Notes: a model not told the origin generated them from the sequence alone. A DNA stretch of 63,630 nucleotides, filler included, from Vannella sp. (GCA_023345925.1; 6 parts of 6 records of this genome joined end to end with filler, not necessarily neighbours in it), one strand, 5' to 3'; shown: positions 34,542-48,840, counted from the whole stretch's first letter. Made by a program: numbers and translations.

Positions 34542-34842
34542 AGAGGCTGATTGGACCGTTATTTGACAAAACGCACCTTCAGGCCAACTAAATGGGAAAC
34601 CCCCAAAATGGACGAGTCGCGTTTGCGTTCGAAATCAGCTGTCCTGAGGACCTCCATCTTCAGCTGATTTCTTTTTTGAGTGCATGGACCTCTCCGCTCA
34701 TGACTTTCTCTTGTGTTTCCCAAAGAGTTCACTAAATCATGTCCGCTGGCCTCTCTGGGATACAGCCATTCAACCTTATATGAAGGGAAACGTTGGGAGT
34801 AGGTGTACAATCAATGAGAGGAAAAGAATGGATCATTGTTTG

Positions 34843-35516
<674 letters not shown>

Positions 35517-35618
35517 TCGGTGATTTGGGACAAAACCAAATGTTGCTTGGGCGTTTTCCATTTTAGGGAAAACAATCGGGCTTTTTGGAAATTCTGATAA
35601 ATGATCGAGATGCTTGCC

Positions 35619-35718
35619 NNNNNNNNNNNNNNNNNNNNNNNNNNNNNNNNNNNNNNNNNNNNTTAATTAATTAANNNNNNNNNNNNNNNNNNNNNNNNNN
35701 NNNNNNNNNNNNNNNNNN
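35619..35718. other. Artificial contig linker
   Basis: N-run with central TTAATTAATTAA. Confidence 0.98.
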
Positions 35719-35804
35719 GAAAATTCTGAGGGAAGACTGACAATTAAAGTCGAAAAATTCGAGGAAATTTGAAAATATTCGATCTTCATTTTTGGTCAAT
35801 ACAA

Positions 35805-38800
35805 ATGGAGCAATGTCAATTCCTTCTGACATTCCAACAAAAGAGGGAAAAAAGGTTATTTTGTGGAGGCCGTGATGCAAAGCTTCCAGACGACCGTTCT
35901 TTGCTTCTGCGGTGGGCAAGGGGGTAACGAACCAAGGAATGATCCAAACCACCGCTTCTTGCTGACCCTTCTGGCCTTCTGCATGTCTCAGTACCGTGAG
36001 GACGCAATGGGAGATCTTCTCTTCTCCTCTCCTCACTTTCTCCTCAGAGAGCCGCAGATTGGAAGAGCCTCTGAGTCCAGATGAACACTTACTCGAGATA
36101 ACAACCAAGTAAGCGGTTGTAAGTGAGCCCTGAACACTCGTGGGCTGACCGAATTGCTTTTTGTGCGAAGAAAGACCCCTTCTCTCATCAGAGAAGCGAG
36201 AAGTAGCGGCAAAAGCAGCAATGAAACACAAAGCATCGTGAGTTATGGATGGGAGTGTCTGATGGAGAAGTGGCGAGAGACTAAAGCGAACGGGGAAAAG
36301 ACATTCTCGGGGGACCGTAAAGCCTTCTTCCTTGCTTCAGGAGAACCTGTTCAAATGACTCTATGGAACTCCAGGGCTTTGGAAACCCAAGGAGAGCAAT
36401 TCCTTCTTCAGTAAGTCTCCCCTTAAGTGAGTTCTGTTCCTGATATTCACTTTTCCCTCCTGGCACACGATCAAGACGTCTCATATCGTTGTTTTCCTTT
36501 TCCCATGGACCGATCTCTCCTCATTAGAAAAGCTCCCAAGGATAGCGGAGGAGTTTGAGTTCATGGAAGGATCTCAGAAGCTTCTGGTAGGGTGAGTCAG
36601 CTCCCTTTGGGTCAATGTCGCTACTGAAACTAACTGCTTAAAGATGGCTTCCAAGCTCTGATGGTGGCATGGAGTTGGCAGGTTCTGAACCAAAGGAATC
36701 GATCTGTCAAGAAAACTTGAAAGAGATTGGGAAGCTTCTGGGTGTTGAATCCTTCCATCAGATCCAATTGGGAAGTGACTTTGATGTTTTAAGTGACTTG
36801 GCATTGGCCAACGATGGCCTTGAGTGTTTTCCAGAGAGCAGGAAGATTACAAAGTATCTTGAAAGCTCCAACATCGCAGAGGTGCTCCAGCAAATGATTG
36901 TATTTGCTTCTCAATCGTGCTCTCTACAGGAGCATTTCTCCTCTAGGAAGCACCGATCAATTTCCCCCGTATCTCACGATTGCGTAACATTTCTGGAGAA
37001 ATTTGGACTCTCAACCAGCCAGCTCTTTTGTTTGCCGGGCTCTGAATCACAACCAGTTATTGATTCGATCATTTCCAAGTACAAGGGCAAGAGAGTTGAC
37101 TTGGAGGATCTTGGAGTGGACCCTCATACCGTAGCAGGATTACTGAAAAAATCATTACGTTCTCTTGCAGAGCCTCTTCTCACAAGTGAGCTTTATGGGG
37201 GCTTTTTGGCACTCCCGGAAATGCCCTTGGAGTTTCGCAAGTCGGCAGTGGACGCACTATTCAAGCTAATGCCTTCAGAGAACCGTTTTCTCCTAATTAG
37301 TGTGATTCAATTGCTTGGAACGGTCGTTTGTCATCAGGAACGGACTCATGTTGACGCACTACGATTGTCTCGTGTGCTGGCTCCCTGTCTATTGTGTTCT
37401 GATGATCGAAAACAAGGTGCTGATGACCAATCCAAGCTTACCCAAGTCATGCAATTTTTTATCGAGAACTTTCGCTATCTCACACGTGTCTGGATGCCCC
37501 TAGAATCTGAAATCACCAGTGACATGGCAGAAGAGCAAGCAACTGGAGGAAAGAAATCTCATTTCTTCGGGACCGGTAGTAGGGAAGGCATTCTCTCTAA
37601 AATGACCTCTGGAGGTCGTCGTCGCTCCAAAAACTCGTTTCCAAACTCAATAATGATGAGACTGAGGAAGCCAGAGTGTTCTGAAGATGAAAAGAAGCGC
37701 ATTGCGGCTTACACAGCCTCCCATTCACTCAAAGACTCTGACAAAGGAATCCTTCCTGAACACCGCCACGCCCAAGATGGCAATCTGGACGAATTGCGAG
37801 ATTCCCTACTGCAGCACCCTTTCCTAATCAAGGCAAAAGATGATTTGGGTAACACGCTCCTGCACTACGCAGCGATGGGCATTGATAATGGCAGTAATCG
37901 GTCTTGCGAAATTGCCGCTTTCTTGATTGACCAAGACGCCTCCATGCAGTTTGCACAACGTTGGGGTGATGGGAAAACTCCCCTGCATGTTGCTATTGAC
38001 TCTGGTAAGAGTGGCAAACAGCTCGTTCGGATGTTTATGGAGTGCATTCAAGACAAACAAAGTGAATTGACTCGCCGCACTCGCAACGGGAAGACAATCC
38101 TCCATTATGCAGCCAGAAATGACTGCTTTGAGTCCGTCACGCTCTTAGCCTCATGTTTATCTTCTCACCTATCGGACGCTTTGCATCTGCAAGATGGAAA
38201 TGGCTGCACTCCTTTGCACTACGCCGTCCGCAATGATAACTTTGGGCAGGGAGGAAACACGCAACAGAGTCAGTTGGCCTTTCTCATTCGGAAGCTGGCC
38301 AGTCCCCAAGCAATAGAGAGCCGAGACATCAACGGCCAAACTCCCCTTCACTATGCTGTTCAGCGGCGAGGAGATGTGGTGAAGTTGGTCGTCCCTCTTC
38401 TAGCTGTTGGGCACTCAACATTGCTGGCCGCCGATTGCCAAGGCAGGACTCCTTTGCATTTGGCGGTCCTCCAGAACTCTGTTGACTCCGTGGATCAGTT
38501 GTTAAAGGGAGCCTCTTCCTTGGGGCTGCTCAAGCTAGCCTTAGTCTCACGAGATACCAAAGGAAGAACCTGCTTGCATTATGCTGCCAGCCAGCATATG
38601 GTCGATTTAGTTGGCCGCGTTATTGGAGGTGAAGACATTGCCAACCTCCCAGATTTTGAGGGTTCCACCGCGCTTCACTTGGCAGCACAGACTGTGAGCA
38701 AGACGGCTGACAACTTTGATCAGATTCAAGTGATAAGTGTCTTAGCAGCTAATTCAAACTCGGTGGGTTACCAACACAGGTTTTTCCTCTGAATTCGTTC

Positions 38801-39098
38801 TAACCTTCAATCAAGATCAATTCTCGGGACAAATGGGGCCGTGCACCCCTCCACTATGTCACTTCAGAGGAAGTGGTTCAGTGCCTCTGCTCCTTGGGTG
38901 CTATGATCGACCTTGAAGACTTTGAAGGAGTGACTGCATATTCTCAAGCCGTCAGCGATAACCGTATGGAAGTGGCTACCTCTCTTCGAACACTAGGTAA
39001 GATTGCCTCTCTTGCCGCCTCGACCCAGCTAAGTGAAAGTAGGCGCGGATATTCGGCAGTCTCATCCCTTCATTGAGTTCCGAACCAGTCGAGAATAG
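35805..39098 (+). CDS. RhoGAP + ankyrin repeat protein with putative N-terminal degenerate small-GTPase domain
   Basis: DPHTVAGLLKKSLRSLAEPLL is RhoGAP and many GxTPLH ankyrin repeats follow. The 3' exons are canonical. The 5' exons from ATG 35805 were reconstructed by eye with one problematic splice. Confidence 0.8.
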
Positions 39099-39128
39099 AA
39101 GAACCTGCGCCTGGCGGCGGCCTTTGAT

Positions 39129-42100
39129 TTATTCTGTTTGCTTTTCGCCTAGAAAGAGGTCTGCAGCAAACTCGGGGAAGGATTGAGGTACCTGGAGTGA
39201 GGTTAGTTGAGTCATCTGAAAACAGTATTCCGGAAGGGAACGCACCTGATAGCGCGAATGGATTTCTTTAAGGAGCTTTTGTCTGCAAAGAAGGGGTCTC
39301 TCGTACAGTTCTGATGTCTGCCGGCTGGCAGTGTTCGCGTTTATGGCTGTCATCCGCACCAAAGGAGAGAGTAAAGAAGGTGATAGGACCATCCCACTCA
39401 CCAAGGGTCCAAACCAGCGCAATTTCTCCTTTCGATGGACCACAATACGGTACAAACCGTTATCCAAAGGGTGAATGACAACATGGGCATCGTTGAATTG
39501 ACTTGTGATGGTCTTTGGTTTGTACTCCCGCTTGTGCTCCGAGTAAACAATGTGGATATTGTCGTTTCCAACGTGTCGTTTCTAGAAAGAAGAAAACGTC
39601 AATCCACAAAGTAATGGGGAAAGGAGATCCTTCTGCTCACCTTTGCAATCTGTTGGGGGTCGTCTGTTGAAGTGGGCATTCGGATGATATCGTGGAAAAT
39701 CACCTCTTGGCAGGTATCTCCATAATACAAGGCTGATTCACCAGTGCTTCTTGCGTCTAACCCACCACGATAGGATCCGTGGGTATCCAGATGAACACTC
39801 CATCCCAGGCCACACGAGAAACGAGTGTACCCCAAAGAGCCGCTGTCGTTTGCCAAAATGTTTTGCTGGTTTTCTTGTCCCGGTTTGACGTAAATGAGAC
39901 CAATTTTGATCATTTCACGTGGACTGACTTTGTCCAACTCTTTCAGGGCTCTTTTTAGGCGCGATCCCAGTTTGAGGATGGAAATAGAGCCGAATCGCGC
40001 TTCGTTAAGCAATCCCATGTGGGACAGGAAGAGACGACAGAGGTGCAAAGGACTAGCCGGAATGGGGGTTTGGGGAATTAAGGGGAGCACCACACGAGAA
40101 GCTTCTTTTCCAAGTTGGAGGTACTCAGCCTCGTGAACAACTTGGTCTTTCATTAAACCAAGGTTCTTTTCGATTTTCTCTGCTTGGTTCAATTGCATCC
40201 GAACTCCAGATGGGACTAACTTGGCGTTCCTCTCTTGCAGGAATCCCAGCATTTGCTGCGCCAGATCAACATTGCTAAGATCTAGGTCAGAATCAAAGGC
40301 AGGCATCACCCCATTGTCTCTCTGGAAGACTGTTTGGCCTTTTGGTGAGACTTCTGGAGAACGGAAGGGCGATTCTGTTGTGAAAGGAAGAAAGGTTTCA
40401 CCACGAATGCGACCGCTTTGCTTCTCTGTCTCATTTTCTAAGTGACACTTCCAATCATATTTTCCAGTGCAATCACGCAAAGTCACAGATAACGCATTTC
40501 CCTGCTGGCCTTCGCTCTTCTCTTCCTGTAGGCAGATGACTGTCTGCAAGTTGTACATCAGATAGACTGCACTCTCACCCTCGGTTTCACACTCAAGAGG
40601 AGCACCCTCCGTCGCGCCTGCGGGTAATGGGAACGTGTCAAAACGAGCAATAAAGATACGAACAAAAGACCGCGCTGCAGCTGTCACTGAAGGATCCAGC
40701 CTGGCGATTTCCGGCTCTGCGGTTGGAAAATGCGATGGTCGTCGTTGTGGGCGCAAAGAGGGAGCGGGGCGATTATTAGCAACTCGATTAAAGAAAGACC
40801 TGCGCGAAGGCTCGTTGGCAGAAGTTTCGTCTACCTCCCCAACGCTGCCTCGAAGTTGTTCGAAGAAGTCGTAAGCCTCGGTTGAACGACCAGAAGCAAG
40901 GAAAGTTATTTCCACTGCCCGGAACACGTGTTCAAGAATTTCCTTATCAAGGAAGGACTCTGAACTGGGCAGAATCCAATTCAAGAGGCAATGAAAGTGC
41001 TCAGCGATGACACTGCTACGAGTGATCTGCGTTTCGACTAGCGAGCGAATGTTTTCGCAAAGAATCTTCACAACAACGCGCGATAATCCAGCCAGATCCT
41101 GGTCAAACACTTTCCAATAGTAAGCCAGTGAGGAAACAACCTCAATCGATGCCAATGCGATGGGGTCAGTCAGATTCAAACAGGATGGGAGCAACACAGC
41201 AACTGCTTGCCTCACAGCATCCTTAAAATCGGGAGGTTGCTGAGTAATCTCTTCACATATGATCACAGCAACTGAGAAGATAGCGCAAATGCGATTATTC
41301 GTGTCCGATACCTTTGTTCCTGTCAAAGCCTGAAGGAAGAAGGGCAAGATCTTCTCCCTCAGCTTGGCCATATTGGGGACACAATCATTCAGTGTCTCTT
41401 GGAACTCCAAACCGCGCAGATGGTTCGGTACGCAAATCAAGGAAAAGAGGATTTGCATCGCTTTGGCCTGGACATCATGAGGCACAACGGTCTTGTTTTC
41501 AGCCCGAAAGAGACCCGTTGCCTCCCGCACGAAGATAGGAATCAGAACGTTTGCTCCTGGCAATCCCAATGCGAAAATGGATGGAGCGTTTCGGATGATC
41601 GTCCAAACAACAGAAGAGTGGCCTGAATTAAGTCCTTGGCGCAAGATGCGATAGAAATGAACAAATAATTGATGGTCGAGTGTGCACGGCGCCTCCAAGC
41701 GACAAAACAGCTTACAGAGAATGCTATAAGCAATCAAACGTCCACGATTCCTCTTCTCCTCCACTGAACATGCTTCCAGCAAAACAGGAAGGTAAATTTG
41801 ACACACTGGAATCACAGGAGGGTGTTCCAGAGAGATCTGGCTTTCTGCGAGGATAATCTGCTCCACCACTCCAGAACAACATGCCAAAGCGACGGCAAAG
41901 TTCTCTGGCAAGGAGATAGAATTGAGATTTCCGAGGATCTCTCGAATGATTGTCCAGTCCCGAGAGATCTTCACTTCTGTCCATTGAATGCTGTCGATGC
42001 TCTGATCCGCTGGCTCTGGGATAGTATTATCACGGCTGGCAGCCTCTTCAAGTTCCTGCTCACGTCGCATTGCAGGATTCACTGTCTGTCGTTTGGGGCC

Positions 42101-43244
42101 TTGATTTAGTTCAATCAGCGGGTCGTAAAAGACTCTCTTGTATACTTTGGTCAATTGAATCATCTTGTTCTTCCATTGATCAAGAAGAGCCTTCCACGTC
42201 ACTAACGGAGAGATCTTCCGCGAAAAGTCCTCCCACATCGCATCAGTTGTAAAAGGGCACCGCAGCCAGATGTTAAAGAGGCATCTAAACATCTCTCCTG
42301 CCATCGTGGTTGTGATGTGGCCCACAGCAAAGGGATTGGCATTACTGAGGAAGTCACAAGTGGTCTTGAGAAGCGTATCTTGGACAGTCTTCCAAAGAAC
42401 CTCATCCCTTTCGCCCAGCCTGGTTTGGGTAATCTGATAACAGATAGAAAGCACCTTTGTGCACAAGCTTTCGTGAATAGGAAGTGTTTCATTTGTCGAA
42501 ACCACTCTGTAAACTCCCATGATACTCGAAATGTAGTCCCGATAGCTGCCCGCCAACCCTGGAATGAGTTGCCGGAGCTTAGTAGAGTTCTCTACTTTCG
42601 TCTGAACTCCCGTTAGTGAAAGTCACGGAGATACTGAAACACATACGAATAAGAGCTCCCGGAACTTCTCGATGATTCGAGCAGTTGTTGTGGCAAACTC
42701 GAGAGGGAGAAGGCACATGTCTCTGCAAATGGCCATGAGGAGGGCAAAGTTCTCTCCAGGACAGAGGATTAAGAAGATTGGGTCTTCAGCGTCTGCTCTC
42801 AACCATTTGGCGAGCCCAGAAGCCAGAACCTCTTGGAATGCAGGAGGGCATGTGCGGAACCGCTTCCCCTCTCCCACAGGGATCTTCGACTCAATACTCA
42901 GCTCTTTGATTATCTGTGAGCAGTACACTGGAAGATACAGCGTCTTCAGCAGATCGAACCAGAAACTAAACTTGGTTTCGTCCTCCGTACATTTGCTCAC
43001 AAAGCAATTCCACAGCTCCACAGACTCCTCCTGAGAAGGCATGGAGCTAGCAGGAGATAGAGCCTTCCCATTCACTGCCAGCTTGGTTAGAGAGGACGAT
43101 GGAAAGAGACGAATGGACTCACGAAATGATGACGGAACCACAAGGATGTCCTCTGCATAGAAGGGCTGCATGTTGATGGCCTCCACAAGTAGAGGGAACA
43201 GCTTTTCATGAGATCTGGGCTTGTCCACGTTAGACCTGCTGTGG
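39129..43244 (-). CDS. RALGAPA: Ral GTPase-activating protein alpha-like (Rap-GAP domain), 5' truncated
   Basis: KIGLIYVKPGQE...GLGWSVHLDTHGSYRGGLD...EVIFH...K|KRHVGNDNIHIVYSEH; the gene runs into the contig edge. Confidence 0.88.
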
Positions 43245-43344
43245 NNNNNNNNNNNNNNNNNNNNNNNNNNNNNNNNNNNNNNNNNNNNTTAATTAATTAA
43301 NNNNNNNNNNNNNNNNNNNNNNNNNNNNNNNNNNNNNNNNNNNN
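43245..43344. other. Artificial contig linker
   Basis: N-run with central TTAATTAATTAA. Confidence 0.98.
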
Positions 43345-43380
43345 ACAGCCGGACGCTCTAGCCAACTGAGCCATAAAGGC
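43345..43380 (-). tRNA. tRNA 5' half, anticodon GTN (probably Asn-GTT), truncated by contig end
   Basis: Reverse complement GCCTTTATGGCTCAGTTGGCTAGAGCGTCCGGCTGT gives the acceptor 5' strand, D-arm GCTC/GAGC, anticodon stem TCCGG and loop CT-GT(N). Confidence 0.85.
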
Positions 43381-43510
43381 GGGGAAATGCGTTTTCGCAT
43401 GCGAAATATTTCCGAAATAGTATCAAAATAAGAAAGAGTCTTTCTTGGCTTTCGTTGCCTTGTTGGTTGAGTTTTGTTTGTTGGGATGGCTTCTTTGTGA
43501 TCCTTGGTGT

Positions 43511-46425
43511 TTAGTTGGTCGATTTTTTCTTTGTTGGTGGTTTCTTTGCGACTTTGGGAGTTCGAGGCTTTTTCGGTTTCTTCTCTTTGATGAGAGAATC
43601 CTTTTCCTCTTCAGATTCCTCATCGTTGATGTCGTCAGTCGGGTCGTTAATGGGATCGATAGAAGAGGGAGGAGGAGGAGCAGATGACCGAGTGGGTGCC
43701 ACTGTTTTGTGGGATTTGTTGTACTCTCGAGTGAATTTGGTCTTCGTAGATGAAAGTATTCCAATGATTGGATCGGGGAAGATACTGAATTGGGTCAGAT
43801 CGAATACCGCAGTCCAGTCCTCCCTCGTCAGGTGGTATTGATCCATGTACTTCATTACCTCAGCTATTCCCTTGTCAGCATCACCTTGAGAAAGAGGTGC
43901 TGATAGTGGTCGCCGAAGATTGGGCAAGTACTGGAGACACACTTCTTGACGAGACGCAGAAATGGCGGATTGCATGTGGTTTCTGACATCTTCAAGTAGC
44001 CTGTAATTCTTCCGAGTTGTAGAGTTCTTTCCTAGCCAGGCAGGGAAATTCTGTCGCCCAGCAAGTGTGCCTTGAACAAAGAATGCGGGGCGAATGGTCG
44101 AAAGAACTGCATGAACGGGCATCAAACTCCACTGCTGTTGCTGGCGAATGGATGTTTCGAAGATGTCACTCTCACTGATACTGTTCGCTGCAGAAGAGAG
44201 GAGCTGCATCTGGGTAAGATTCCTCCGAAGTGCATTCTTTTGCGTGGATGCGTTATACGGCATACAAGTGATGTAGTTGTCTTGTACAAAGAGTGGTACC
44301 ATGGAAGGATCGCTAAAGTAAAGCTGCATTTTCTCCGATAGTGTGGAACGTGCATAAGAGTCCTTAGACATTAGTTGTGGAGCAACATCAAAGAGTCCCA
44401 CGGATCCCTCTTTCGTGTTCATCGACGAGACATCTTTGGAAGTCATATGTTTGGCGGTCACGTGGTGCATCTGCATCATATTCAGCATTTGGCGGATGTC
44501 TCCGTTCGCCATGGTGGCGATCTTAAACACTGTTTCTCCATCTACGTTCAATTTCTCACTCCTCGCAATGCCCAGCAGTCTGGGTGATACTTGAGTGGCG
44601 GTCACCCTTTCATCAACAATTAGAATCCAATCTAAAATGACTAAGACTGGGTTCACTCACTCTCGAAAAGTCAATTCCAGACAGTAATTGCGGAGGGACC
44701 GGATCTTGGTGGACTGCCTGTCATTGCAAATGCAGATAATTGGCATTTTGGTGGTCTTAATGAGTTGGATAAGCTTCGCAATGCCACCTCGATCGGAACC
44801 TGACATTCCATCGACTTCATCCATGATCAAAACTGTCTTCCCCTTCTTCCTCTGAGCAGGGTGAGTCAAAAAGAGCTGACATAGGACCGATACTTACGTT
44901 GGCAAGGTCTCGCGCGCTGGTACCGAACATGGATGTGATGGTACGGGTCCCTAAGAGCTCTGAAACATGGTCCTGGAACAAAGATGAGATTTGCCAGAGA
45001 GATACAAAGATAAGTGACTCACTTCTATCGCCTTTTTGCTCCGAGTGTCGCTGGCGTTGAACTCTATGAGCTCGTAACCCAGTTCTTTGGCAATGATTGC
45101 TGCTGAAGATGTCTTTCCGACACCTGGTGGCCCTGATAGAAGGGCGGCTCTCTCCTTCTTGGTGTCCATTGTCCATGCTGACAGCCATTCCTTGAGCTTC
45201 TTGATGCTTGTTGGATTGCCAACGAGATCTGAGGAACGGTTTGGATGATAGAGAGTCGTCCAAAGTGATGTAGATGAGGAAGGCTGTACAGGAACTGCGC
45301 CTGGTTGAGCTTGAGTCGAAACCACCCCGGGAGGAAGAGCCACCGCCTTGCTCACTTGTGCCGCCTTGACCTGCTGGCTTTTGGGGATAGCCATCTTCTC
45401 TATCTTCGTTTTCTCTTTCGCTGACAGCTTCTTGGCAGGCTCAGTGCTGATGAGGTGGAAGAACTCGTCCTCGCTGAGCATTGGAAGCTTCCTTTCCATC
45501 GCTACCTCCAACTTCTTGGGCCCCGCGTCATCTCCAAGCAGTATGTGAGTGAGAGACTTGGATGTAGCAGCTTTGACCACCTTCCCACCGTAGCGGACGA
45601 TGATAGCAGCGGCTTCGTCTCGCTCGAGTGAGTCCAACACCCCAGTGATGATGAAGACCATCCCATGGAGGCAGAACTCCTTGCCTTGGGGTACTTCCTT
45701 CTTGCCCTTGTTCGGAGGACCTCCTCTTGCCTGCCTATCGTGATGGTGAGCTCGTAATCCTCTAAAGAGCGAACCTCCTACCAGTTTCCAAAGCCTGCAC
45801 GAGGTGGCTTGCTAGGTGAGGGCTTTGGAGAGGTAGTTGTAGTGAGTGGCTCTGCATCACAGTCAAGCATGATAACATCTCGCGTCTTCTCCACCTGGCG
45901 AGGAGTGAACTCAAGGTCAGGATGAGGCGCCTTCTTGTTGGCTGCGCGTTTGATTGGAGCTTTTGGCTGGGCAGGTGCTTTTGCCTTCCTTGGGGATGTC
46001 TTTGGAGATGTCTTTGGACGCTCTCCTGCACTGTTCGGCTGAGTTTTTGGACTGAGAGGCGGGGAGATGCTGTTTGACTTTCGTTTCTTGGGAGGGGGCG
46101 CAGATGAGGGTGAGGCGCTCTTCATAGAGGGTGATTGGGTTGCTACAGTTGGTGATGAGTTGCCCTTCTTCTTCGCCCTTTTGCGAACAGGTGGTGAAGG
46201 CTCCTCAATCTCTTCACGAGGGCGCTTCCTCAACTGCGTCTGAGGTGGAGAAGGCATCTTTGCTTTAGGAGAAGGGGCTTTCTTGGCTGGAGCAGCTTTA
46301 GATCTGGGAGAAGGCACTTTCTCATCCTCTTTCTTCTGTCGAGGTGCAAAGTACTTCCTTAGGTCTCCTCCCTGTTCAAACTAAGAAGAAGAAGAGAAAG
46401 CATCATGGGGCAACAATACCATCAT
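43511..46425 (-). CDS. RFC1: Replication factor C subunit 1 (6 exons)
   Basis: [19 protein letters not shown], Walker [44 protein letters not shown]-terminal DLRKYF. Confidence 0.96.
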
Positions 46426-46667
46426 CCTTGTCTGGTCTCTCTGGAAATGAGATTTCCCGCGCATTTCTGAAATCCTTCTTGAGCGCGGCTTTCACATTAT
46501 ATTTGATTTGTTATTTATAAGTAAGGAAAAGAATGACGCACACTGGTTGGGTGATTCTGAAACTCACCCACTTTAGCCAATCAGAAGGGAGGAAAGATCT
46601 CAGAACCAATCAGGAGGGATTGAGACCTTTGAATCCCTTCATTTCCTCTCGACTTCGTCTGGCACAG

Positions 46668-48750
46668 ATGGAGGATAATGAGACCGTCTTGCTCGGGCTC
46701 CTAAGTGCCTTGGGGGTGGTCCTATTGACCGTATTGGGCTTGCTACTTCGAAACCGCAAGAAACCGTTGGACCAACAAGCACCCACAGTTAGGTCTATCG
46801 ACCTTTCCGTGAAGGTTTCGAAGAAGGGTAGATCCCACGCCTCTCGTGTCAAGGGGAAGAAACTCTCTCCTCGCAAAGGAAGCGAGGAGTTGGCTCCATC
46901 TCTCGAGACAAAGGAGCCTCTCCTCCAAGAACCAGCTGCTCCTGCAAAGCCCGTTGCCTCTGTGACTGACACCATCTTTGAACAGTCATACTACAACTCT
47001 GATTTTGATCAGCTCAAGTCACAACCCTCCACTGGTAACCAGCAGTACGTCGTAAGTGAAGAAGGTGGGCTTGTTCACGCTCTCTAATGGCTGGCGTGCT
47101 TGGTTAGATGACTCTAGACGTCACAAGTGAAGAGAAGATGCAGTCCCACATCACACTGATGAACTCCCGTATCACAGAAGGCATCGACGAGGCCGTTTAC
47201 GTCATTGGAATGGAACAAAACGGAACTCCCTCAGGCGTCGCCAAGGAAGAGATCGGTCAGGTAACGGCCTTATCCAAGCACATACCTCATCCTCTCTGAC
47301 ACTCCATCAGCTCTTTGACCGTTGCAAAGCCATCGCAACACGGATATCCTCCACAGCGACCGTCTTGCGGATACGAAACGGGAAGGAGCCAGAGAAGTTC
47401 GTCGCTGAAGTGATCATCCGCAAAGCAGACGGAGAAGGACGCTTCAAGGAGATACGCATTGCCGTGATTGGAAACGTGGACACGGGGAAGACCACTTTAC
47501 TCGGCGTTCTTTCCAAGGGGGGCTTGGACAATGGCCGAGGCAGAGCGCGCGCCAACATCTTCAAGCACAAACATGAGTTAGAGACCGGCCGCACCTCTGA
47601 CATTGGACGGGAGATCGTCGGGTTCACTTCTGAAGGGAGAATCGTCAACTACGGGCAAGCGCGCGCTCCCTCCTGGACAGACATCTGTGAGCAAGCCTCC
47701 AAAGTTCTTCTGTTCATCGATCTGGCAGGACACGAGAAGTATCTGAAGACGACTGTGTTCGGCCTCACCGGGAACTATCCTGATTACTCCATGCTCATGA
47801 TTGGGTCCAACATGGGAGTGATTGGAATGACAAAGGAGCACTACCATCTGACTCTGGCCCTGAAAGTGCCCTGTTTCATTGTGGTCACCAAAATTGACAT
47901 TTGTCCTCCGCACATTCTCGAGCAGACTTTGAACGTTCTCAAGCGCTTGTTGAAGGCTCCCGGCAGCAAGAAGCTTCCTTTAATGATTAACAATGCGGAC
48001 GATGTGATCTTGGCTGCCAGAAACTTCAATTCAGAGAGTATGGCGCCGATTTTCCAGGTTTCCAACGTCACTGGCGAGAATCTTGATCTTTTGAGGATGT
48101 TCTTGAGTCTCGTGACTCCACGGAAGGACTGGGTTAAACTGCGAGAAGACCCAGCGCTGCTGCATATCGATAACACCTTTTCTGTGCCTGGTGTTGGAAC
48201 GGTTGTTAGTGGAACACTCACAGCGGGAGAGATTCACGTGAACGAGACCCTTCTCCATGGTCCTAATCACTTTGGAACGTTCGATTCGGTCATTGTGAAG
48301 GGCATTCACACGAACCGACTTCCAGTCAAGTCGGCCCGGGCCGGACAGTCCATCTCTGTTGCTTTGAAGAAGACCAAACGTAGTTCTACACGTAAAGGAC
48401 AAGTCCTGACTGCTCCTACACTGGCCCCAACCGCTATCTGGGAGTTTGACGCGGACATCTTCGTCATCACACACTCCACAACGATCAGCACCAGCTACGA
48501 GGCTGTGATTCATTGTGGGTGCACTCGTCAGACAGCAGCCATCATCGATGTCGAAGGCATTCTGCGAGCAGGACTGCGAGGCCGAGTCCGTTTCCGGTAC
48601 AAGTACCGAGCTGAGTTCATCCAGCCAGGTGACCGTATCATCTTCCGAGAGGGAAAGACCAAAGGTATCGGCAACGTCCACAAAGTGTACGTTGGCGTGG
48701 CGCCACCTTTGGCCAAAGTGGAAGAGGTCGTCCCCACAGAAACTGCTTAA
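46668..48750 (+). CDS. GTPBP1: GTP-binding protein 1 (translational GTPase) with N-terminal TM segment (3 exons)
   Basis: IAVIGNVDTGKTTL, KHKHELETGRTS, FIDLAGHEKYLKTT, VTKID and IFREGKTKGIG; two canonical introns link the upstream exons. Confidence 0.92.
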
Positions 48751-48840
48751 ACTCTTCCCTACTTCGTCCTAACGAGCCCTGGAGTGATGAAAGTGATACA
48801 CTATGAATAACCGTTAAGAATGTATGCTCCAATGAGAGTA

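Noticed and set aside
48031..48681. Long antisense ORFs over GTPBP1 and other conserved genes
   Set aside because: No motifs; expected by chance opposite coding sequence at about 50% GC.
48781..48835. C/D snoRNA from GTGATGA after GTPBP1
   Set aside because: No D box or rRNA-complementary guide was found.
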